From assembly GCA_963662545.2 (NCBI GenBank), contig CAXXLL010000002.1, positions 1,952,001-2,016,000 of the forward strand: a DNA stretch of 64,000 nt, read 5' to 3'. Shown piece after piece: positions 57,615 to 64,000 of this stretch. How positions within the stretch are numbered: position 1 is the first letter of the stretch; every line of letters begins with the position of its first letter. The DNA comes from Gammaproteobacteria bacterium (GTDB lineage: Bacteria > Pseudomonadota > Gammaproteobacteria > Ga0077536). A model generated the notes under the pieces. The model was not told the origin of the DNA. It saw only the letters and a program-made list of their open reading frames with translations, and did no database searches. A program made the position numbers and the translations under genes.

Positions 57615-58637
57615 CTACAACGCCCACAACACAAGACGCCAATCGAGCACCGCGCTTTCCTCGTATTCAGCCGTATCTGCATTCGCGCGCCGGGCGAAAC
57701 TCTCGGCGCGCAACTCACAAAGGTCGCCGCCGCCGTTGACGGCTTCCCGCCTGACCAGGGTGAACTCCGTGCGGATGATGTCCTCTTCAAGCACCGGACC
57801 GAGATGATCGCAGCCCTGCCAGCCTATCAAGGTGACGATATTCGGCATCGCGCGGCTGATCTGAGCGAGGGCGAGCGAAATCGTGTGTCCACCGTTGACC
57901 AGACGTTTGCCGAGATAACTCCGCGAAGCATCGGTATGGGTAAACGCGATGTTGCCGGTCATACGCACCAGTTCCGGAGCACAGGTGACCGTGTCCCGCG
58001 GCGCGATCGTAACCTTATCGCCCGCTGCAAACACCAGCGCCGGCACGTTAAAACGCTCCGGCGCTAAGGGCCTGAGGTCCCAATTCGACGGAATCGCCGC
58101 ACCTAATTGAACATCATCCAGCGCCTCCGGTATCCAGTCGAAGGAATCATCAGCACCCGTTTCGACTTGTGGATCGCGGCAGAGAATCATCGGGCAGCGC
58201 CAGTACTTCATGACGCACTCGCCATCGGCATTCGAGGTTTCCATTTCCAGCGCAAGCATGCCGGTTGCGGCCCGGCCCGGTTTCACCCGGTTCTGGCGTA
58301 GGCCCACTACTTTGGTCACGGTCTCGAGCGTGTCACCGATGAACACCGGCTTCAGCAGTAACAAACCGCGATAGAAGAGATTTCCCTTGACGTGCTGGGA
58401 GACGAAAGTCGTCTGGCCGTTGACCAGATTGATCACCAGCATCGGGTGTACCAGCGGTCTTTCCGAGCCAGTGACCGCACGAGACAGCACATGATCAAGG
58501 GGCAGGCGCATTCGATCGCCCGTCAGCGCCTGGTAATAAACGGCGTGACCTTCAGTCACGGTCACCGACGGCGCGCCGAAGGTCTGCCCCGTCTCGAAAT
58601 CCTCGAAATAGGGACCGTCGATGCGATGCGTGGTCAT
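57615..58637 (-). CDS. Double hot-dog MaoC-family acyl-CoA (de)hydratase
   Basis: GPYFEDF..GQ, NLFYRGL...PVFIGDTL, HTD, NGGHTISLA, CDHLGPV.E.D. Confidence 0.85.
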   Translation of the reverse strand: MTTHRIDGPYFEDFETGQTFGAPSVTVTEGHAVYYQALTGDRMRLPLDHVLSRAVTGSERPLVHPMLVINLVNGQTTFVSQHVKGNLFYRGLLLLKPVFIGDTLETVTKVVGLRQNRVKPGRAATGMLALEMETSNADGECVMKYWRCPMILCRDPQVETGADDSFDWIPEALDDVQLGAAIPSNWDLRPLAPERFNVPALVFAAGDKVTIAPRDTVTCAPELVRMTGNIAFTHTDASRSYLGKRLVNGGHTISLALAQISRAMPNIVTLIGWQGCDHLGPVLEEDIIRTEFTLVRREAVNGGGDLCELRAESFARRANADTAEYEESAVLDWRLVLWAL

Positions 58638-58689
58638 CTCGGATTCTTCGCTGTCACCATGGCGTTCGAATTTCGGCGCGGCGGATGCT

Positions 58690-58752
58690 TGTAGGCGCCC
58701 GCTCGCGGGCGAGCCGGCCGGGGCCCCATTCGCCGGCAAGCCGGCTCCTACA
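58690..58752. repeat. GTAG-family REP doublet (REPIN-like)
   Basis: TGTAGGCGCCCGCTCGCGGGCGA ... TTCGCCGGCAAGCCGGCTCCTACA in inverted orientation, each GTAG + short hairpin. Confidence 0.75.
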
Positions 58753-58793
58753 TCTGGTTTCTCCAGGAAGGGGCCAAGATCTTCGAAAACAAA

Positions 58794-59729
58794 TCACCTA
58801 ATCGCTATCGGATTGATGATCATCTGGACGGTACCCGTCATGCGCGCCGGCCCAAGCACGAACATGAATTCATACGCCTTGTCGGCGGCGAGTTCCCGCG
58901 TATCCATGTTTTCGAGAATGTAAATACCGGCGTAAGTGATGAGGATCTGGTGCACCTTGTAGAGCACATTCTCCGTTTCGGGCGGTAACACTTCGAGACC
59001 CCAGGTGTCGGCGCCGACCGCCATCACGTCTTTCTCGACGAGGTACTCGGCACCGCTGATGCCGAGACCCGGTTCCGCCTTGCCGAACCGCACCGGATCA
59101 GACTCGATGATTTCCAGCCATCCGGAATGGAACAGCACGACGTCACCTTTCTCGATGCTTACACCCTGTTTCTTTTCACACGCAGCTATGTCTTCGCGCG
59201 TGTAGGGCGTGCCTTCCGGCAGCATGTCTTTACCCATGCAGCTCGCCATATTGAGCAGGACGCCACGGGTAACAATCGGCGGCAGGTCTTCCATGCCGAA
59301 TTTCGTCACGCCGTCGACTTTGGCGAAATCCCGGGCCAGATTGCCGTTATAGAACACGCCGTCGGTCGCTGCATGGCCCAGGCCATCGAGCTGTGAACCG
59401 ACACCGATCCAACCGGCGATGATGTCGTCGAGAAAATTGAACTTGTTTGAACCGTAGGAGTCACCGTTGTACTGATTCGGATAGACGATACGAATGTTGA
59501 ATGTCCGGGGAGGAAAGGCCGGCGTCTCGTCGTTCGTCTCGATGCCAAGACGATAAGTTTTGCCCGTCTTGATGAGCTTGGCCGCCTTCAAGGTCAGTTC
59601 CGGCCCGAGCATATTGAACGAACCCAAGGTGTCGTCTTGACCCCATTTCGAGGGCCACCATTTCTCCTCGGCGCTGGTCATGCCGGTACACGCCGATGCG
59701 ATAATCAGCATAAGCAAACGAACCATCAT
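58794..59729 (-). CDS. Cyclase (kynurenine formamidase-like) family protein with signal peptide
   Basis: WG.DD.LG..N, SQLDGLGH, IVTRGVLL, GDVVLFHSGW, EPG, GADTWGLE, ILEN, NPIAIR. Confidence 0.88.
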   Translation of the reverse strand: MMVRLLMLIIASACTGMTSAEEKWWPSKWGQDDTLGSFNMLGPELTLKAAKLIKTGKTYRLGIETNDETPAFPPRTFNIRIVYPNQYNGDSYGSNKFNFLDDIIAGWIGVGSQLDGLGHAATDGVFYNGNLARDFAKVDGVTKFGMEDLPPIVTRGVLLNMASCMGKDMLPEGTPYTREDIAACEKKQGVSIEKGDVVLFHSGWLEIIESDPVRFGKAEPGLGISGAEYLVEKDVMAVGADTWGLEVLPPETENVLYKVHQILITYAGIYILENMDTRELAADKAYEFMFVLGPARMTGTVQMIINPIAIR

Positions 59730-59790
59730 TGTTATCTCCCGTTGATTGACCGCGCGATTCTAACGCGAAAGGCATTCTTGTCGTTCGGGT

Positions 59791-60900
59791 TCAGGCAAAC
59801 TCGGCGCGAATCGACGCCCCGTGTTCGTCCAGCGCCGGGACGCGGGCCGGTTGCGGCGCCTCGTCTCCCGTGCGCCGCACCAGTGATACCCGCTGACCCG
59901 AGGACACCACCTCCTTTTTTACGAGCGCGGGATGGTGCTGCAAATCACTGATATCGTTGATGTTACCGCAGGCGATACCCGCCTTCTCGAGCCTCGCCGC
60001 CATCTCTGCGCGGTTGAATTGCGTAAAAAAGGCCTCGATTTCCCCGCGCAGGCCGTCCTTGTTTTCGACGCGCGACATATTGGTCTTATAGCGCAGGTCT
60101 TCGGTCAACGCCGGGCGCCCGAGAATTTCGGTACACAGCTGCATCCATTCGCGCTGATTCTGCACGACGATGAAGATCGGTCCGTCCAAAGTTTCGAACG
60201 CGCCATAGGGTGCTATCTGTGCGTGGTCCATACCGGTCCCGCCCAGGAGCTTGCCGCCATATTCGTAAGTCGCCAAAGGTACTGCGAGCCATTCCGAGGT
60301 CACTTCGAACAGCGATACTTCGACGTGCGCTCCGCGTTCATCCCGTGCGCGACGGATCAGCGCTTTTAAAATTTCGCCGTAAGCGGTGAGGCCGGTGGAA
60401 ATATCACAGATCGAAGCACCCACCTTTGAAGGATGTCCCGGTGGCCCGGTTACCGAGCACAGGCCCGATTCCGCCTGGATCAGAGCGTCATAGGCCTTCA
60501 TTCCGGCATAAGGTCCGGTCTGGCCATAACCCGAAATACTGCACATCACCAGGCGGGGATTCAGCGCCTTGACCGCAAAGTAGCCGAAGCCCAGGCGATC
60601 GACCGCACCCGGACGTAGATTCTGAATAAAAACATCCGCACGCTGAATAATCGTCGTCAGCAAGGTCCGGTCGCCCTCACGCTTGAGATCGACCGCCAGC
60701 GATTCCTTGCCGGCATTGAGCCAGACGAAATATCCACTTTCACCGTTGATAACATCATCATAGGCTCGGGCGAAATCGCCTTCCAGGCGTTCGAGCTTGA
60801 TCACCCTCGCACCGCCCTCGGCCAGCAGTCGGCTACAGTAGGGTGCAGCGACTGCCTGTTCCAGCGAGACGACGAGCAATCCGTCCAGGGAAGCGGTCAC
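59791..60900 (-). CDS. Family III CoA-transferase (CaiB/BaiF)
   Basis: LEQAVAAPYCS, GDFARAYD, WLNAGKES, QNLRPGA, SISGYG..GPY, KAYD.LIQAESG. Confidence 0.92.
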   Translation of the reverse strand: MTASLDGLLVVSLEQAVAAPYCSRLLAEGGARVIKLERLEGDFARAYDDVINGESGYFVWLNAGKESLAVDLKREGDRTLLTTIIQRADVFIQNLRPGAVDRLGFGYFAVKALNPRLVMCSISGYGQTGPYAGMKAYDALIQAESGLCSVTGPPGHPSKVGASICDISTGLTAYGEILKALIRRARDERGAHVEVSLFEVTSEWLAVPLATYEYGGKLLGGTGMDHAQIAPYGAFETLDGPIFIVVQNQREWMQLCTEILGRPALTEDLRYKTNMSRVENKDGLRGEIEAFFTQFNRAEMAARLEKAGIACGNINDISDLQHHPALVKKEVVSSGQRVSLVRRTGDEAPQPARVPALDEHGASIRAEFA

Positions 60901-60909
60901 GAATTGTAG

Positions 60910-61063
60910 TGCGCCGTCCCGCGAAAAACTTTCATAATTCGCTGGTCTTTTTCATCCCCAGCCGCGCTCGTCCTTGCGTAGAGCCCGCTACGCGGCGTCC
61001 TCGCGCCTTGCCAGAAACGAAAAATCCAGCGCGACTTACGCAACTTTTTCGCGGGACGGCACA
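60910..61063. mobile_element. MITE family C, diverged variant (154 bp)
   Basis: TIRs TGCGCCGTCCCGCGAAAAA / TTTTTCGCGGGACGGCACA, flanks GTAG / CTAG; shares TTCATAATTCGCTGG and GCGCGACTTA with C copies. Confidence 0.85.
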
Positions 61064-62227
61064 CTAGTACGAACGTGGCAAGTCGAGTTCGTGCTCGCCG
61101 ATGAAAGCAAGGATCAGATTGGTCGAGATGGGTGCAATCCGGTAGAGGCGCGTTTCGCGGAACTTCCTCTCGATATCGTATTCCTCGGCGACGGCAAAAC
61201 CGCCGAAGGTTTGCATACAAGTGTCCGCCGCCTCCCACGACGCTTCCGATGCCAGCAGTTTGGCGAGATTGGCATACATGCCGGCGTTGTCGCCCGAATC
61301 ATAAATCCGGCATGACTTTTCCAGGACCGCTTCGGCCGCCTCGGTCTGCGCAAAAGCGCGCGCGATCGGGAACTGGATCCCCTGGTTCTGTCCGATTGGG
61401 CGGCCGAATACGATGCGTTCACGCGCGTAATCGGACGCCTTCTTGATGAACCAGCGGGCATCGCCGATGCATTCGGCCGCGACCAGGATCCGCTCCGCAT
61501 TCATGCCCGAAAGAATATAGCGAAATCCCTTGCCTTCCTCGCCGATCAGGCTCGACGCCGGGATCGGTACCTTGTCGAAAAAGATCTCGGTGGTCGAATG
61601 ATTGATCATGGTGCGGATCGGCTTGATGGTCATGCCATTTTTTTTCGCTTCGCGCATGTCGATCAGGAACACCGACAAGCCATCCAAACGCTTCTTGACC
61701 TCATCCTTCGGCGTCGTGCGCGCCAGCAGGATCATGAGATCCGAATATTCGGCGCGCGAAGTCCAGACTTTCTGGCCATTCACGATATAGCGATCGCCAT
61801 CGCGCACGGCCATGGTCGAGATGCTGCTGGTGTCCGTTCCCGCGGTCGGCTCGGTGACGCCGAACGCCTGCAAACGCAGCTCGCCCAAGGCGATGCCGGG
61901 CAGGTACTGCGCTTTCTGCTCCTTGCTGCCGTGGCGCAGCACGGTGCCCATCGTGTACATCTGGGCGTGGCAGGCGCCGGCGTTGGCGCCGAATTCGTGG
62001 ATGGCTTTCAAGATTTCCGCGCCAACGGCGATCGGCAGGCCACTGCCGCCGTATTCTTCCGGGATCAGCGAAGCCAGCAAGCCGAGTTCGGTCAGCTTGT
62101 CGACGAACTCCTTGGGGTAGGCGCGATCACGGTCCTTTGCACGCCAGTACTCGCCCGGGAATTCTTCGCAGACCTTCTTGATGGTAGCGCGCAGTTGCGC
62201 TACCACTTCCTGGTGTTCGTCGGTCAT
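61064..62227 (-). CDS. Acyl-CoA dehydrogenase
   Basis: IPEEYGGSG, FGVTEP.AGTD, NGQKVWTS, LIGEEGKGF, R..FGRPI, QTFGG; stop TAG is the MITE CTAG. Confidence 0.95.
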   Translation of the reverse strand: MTDEHQEVVAQLRATIKKVCEEFPGEYWRAKDRDRAYPKEFVDKLTELGLLASLIPEEYGGSGLPIAVGAEILKAIHEFGANAGACHAQMYTMGTVLRHGSKEQKAQYLPGIALGELRLQAFGVTEPTAGTDTSSISTMAVRDGDRYIVNGQKVWTSRAEYSDLMILLARTTPKDEVKKRLDGLSVFLIDMREAKKNGMTIKPIRTMINHSTTEIFFDKVPIPASSLIGEEGKGFRYILSGMNAERILVAAECIGDARWFIKKASDYARERIVFGRPIGQNQGIQFPIARAFAQTEAAEAVLEKSCRIYDSGDNAGMYANLAKLLASEASWEAADTCMQTFGGFAVAEEYDIERKFRETRLYRIAPISTNLILAFIGEHELDLPRSY

Positions 62228-62340
62228 GGCGATGCTCGTTTCAGGTAGTCACAGTCGCTGCGTCAACGAAGTCAGCAGCGCACGTCGCCGGTAAGTCGAC
62301 TTCTACGGACAACGACATTTTTATCCCGCCGAGATGATCC

Positions 62341-62364
62341 GTAGGAGCCCGCTTGTGGGCGAAT
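62341..62364 (+). repeat. Single GTAG-family REP
   Basis: GTAGGAGCCCGCTTGTGGGCGAAT, same pattern as 58690-58752. Confidence 0.65.
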
Positions 62365-62390
62365 ACTTAGCCGAATGGCAACGACGCACC

Positions 62391-63239
62391 TCAATTCAGT
62401 GCACGAATCTTGTCGAGCACCGGCAGCAGGTAACGGTTGAAAACCTCGGGATTCTCACTCATCGGAAAATGTCCGATTTCTTCCATGATGATGCATTCCG
62501 AGTTCTTCGTATTCTTCGCCGCTTCTTCCGTCATTTCAGCCGTACAGGCAAAGTCGTAAATACCGGTCATGTAATAAATGGGCACCTTGCCCGACAGCTT
62601 CTCGGTGCGGCCGCGAAAATCGTGATCGACGCTGTAGAAATAGAGGTCGCCCTTGAATACTCCGGGACCGCCCTGGGCGTAATACCACCAGGTTTCCCAG
62701 CGGTATTTGTCCGGGCTTTGCGGCGCCATCAGGCCGAACACCGAGGTCGCACAGGTTTCGCCGCCATGTATATGCGAGTGCCGCAGCCAGTCGATATGCC
62801 AGCCCGGAGAATATTCACAGGCCTCGATGGCAATCAGCGCTTTGAGTTCGCTCTCGTACTTCTCGGCCAGGTGCATGCAGATGTTACCACCCATGGAGCT
62901 GCCCAAGATGACCGGTTTGTCGAGACCCAGTTCACGGCAGAAGGACATCAAGATGCCGGCATAGAATTTGGCCGTTAACTTGTACTCTTCGTCTTCCTTG
63001 TACCAGTCGTATGGCGGGATGGATTTTCCATGTCGGGGAAGGTCGAACGCGATGACGCGAAAATTCTTGTTGATCGCCGCATCGCACAATTGATGACGCC
63101 ACTCGCGAGAATCGGTGCCGGCTGTATGCAGGCAAACCAGAGGTATGCCTTCGCCGGCTTCTTCAAAAAAGATACGGTATTCGGTTCCTTCGTACGGAAT
63201 CCAGATGTAACGTCCCACGATCGGTTCAATATTTGCCAC
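62391..63239 (-). CDS. Alpha/beta hydrolase
   Basis: LHTAG, AFDLPRHGKS, GSSMGG nucleophile elbow, GHFPMSENP. Confidence 0.9.
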   Translation of the reverse strand: MANIEPIVGRYIWIPYEGTEYRIFFEEAGEGIPLVCLHTAGTDSREWRHQLCDAAINKNFRVIAFDLPRHGKSIPPYDWYKEDEEYKLTAKFYAGILMSFCRELGLDKPVILGSSMGGNICMHLAEKYESELKALIAIEACEYSPGWHIDWLRHSHIHGGETCATSVFGLMAPQSPDKYRWETWWYYAQGGPGVFKGDLYFYSVDHDFRGRTEKLSGKVPIYYMTGIYDFACTAEMTEEAAKNTKNSECIIMEEIGHFPMSENPEVFNRYLLPVLDKIRALN

Positions 63240-63263
63240 TTTAGTCTCCCTCAAAACAGGCGC

Positions 63264-63641
63264 TCAGATTTCGCGCATCCGGTCGAGCGCCCACATCAAC
63301 GCGCGCATGTTCTGCCACAAGACCATCTGGTCCCCTTCGAGCGTTACCCGCCCGTGCAGCGGGTGCGCCATCGCCCACAAGTCGTTGTACATGGGGGGCG
63401 GGGTTTCCTGACAGAATTTCTCCCAGCTTTCTGCCGGACCCTTGATGGCGAGTTCGTAACAGGTTTCCGGCCCGAGCTCATCGACGATTTCGGCCAGTTT
63501 TCCTTGGTCAAACGAAACGACGTACTGCTGGTCGCCGAAACCGAAGAGCAGATTCGCAGTGAAGTGTTTACCGATCCAGCTCATGGGACCGTTGTTATTG
63601 ACTGCATCCTGCCATTTCTTCATCCAGGACATGTCGAACAT
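63264..63641 (-). CDS. SCP2-like small protein
   Basis: F...W...W...VN, GPAESWEKF, LEGD...LWQN pattern; GAGGAGG RBS. Confidence 0.65.
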   Translation of the reverse strand: MFDMSWMKKWQDAVNNNGPMSWIGKHFTANLLFGFGDQQYVVSFDQGKLAEIVDELGPETCYELAIKGPAESWEKFCQETPPPMYNDLWAMAHPLHGRVTLEGDQMVLWQNMRALMWALDRMREI

Positions 63642-63820
63642 GGTGTACCTCCTCCCTCTGTGATCACCGAAACCCCGTCAACGCCAAGCGCATGCGAGCG
63701 CTGGTTACAACCCACGTCTCGGGACAACGTCTCTTTAAGCAATAGGTAAATTATACGTTAGATTAAATCGAGTTCTTCGTCGACCCGTGGCGTGCGGAAG
63801 ACCGGCTCGATCCGCGCTGC

Positions 63821-64000
63821 TCAGCCCAAACCCAGCCGCAGGATCCGATCATTTTCCTCGTGCCGCGCGGCATCCGGATCCGGCTGACTGGGCACGGCAT
63901 CGATGGCGTCCACATAGGGCTGGGGAAAGTCATGGAGGCGGGCACCTGCTAGTACGAAGCCCTTGTACCAGTCATAAGGCTTGAGGCGCGTATCGATGCT
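63821..64000 (-). CDS. C-terminus of a gamma-glutamylcyclotransferase-like protein (partial, not in the ORF track)
   Basis: SIDTRLKPYDWYKGFVLAGARLHDFPQPYVDAIDAVPSQPDPDAARHEENDRILRLGLG*. Confidence 0.65.
   Translation of the reverse strand, partial: SIDTRLKPYDWYKGFVLAGARLHDFPQPYVDAIDAVPSQPDPDAARHEENDRILRLGLG

Noticed and set aside
1-64000. tRNA, rRNA or prophage genes
   Set aside because: No cloverleaf, rRNA-like tract or phage structural or integrase gene was recognised by eye; a tRNAscan/Rfam run would be needed to exclude small RNAs.

Overview
GC-rich bacterial window, probably gammaproteobacterial judging by its avtA, sohB, prc, rnd, lhgO and pyrC-type proteins (inference). It holds about 55 mostly housekeeping or catabolic CDSs. 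I saw no rRNA, tRNA or CRISPR array. Main points: (1) A dense population of MITE-like elements from at least four TIR families, inserted at YTAR sites, often on stop codons and stacked head-to-tail. Three families with unrelated TIRs carry the same ~50-nt internal module, (C/T)(A/G)AGGC-stem-loop-AACG, whose helix covaries between families and includes tandem G.A pairs. (2) A complete 3,152-bp IS1595-family element (26-bp TIRs, 8-bp TSD TAAATTTT) carrying a frameshifted DNA methyltransferase-HNH fusion, a 57-aa AT-hook-like peptide and two small membrane ORFs. It sits in the divergent control region of a YCF48 / RND / DUF1302 / HEAT / DUF1329 locus next to acyl-CoA catabolic genes. (3) A coupled run encoding a rhomboid without its catalytic Ser, a GT2, a nucleosidase-like protein and an SPL-like radical SAM enzyme. 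(4) A DCC-LMF fusion coupled to a GDSL lipoprotein and an FKBP. (5) A VPLP-CTERM gene with a sigma54 promoter and an array of TGT-N10-ACA boxes. Product calls come from motif recognition only; no searches were run.
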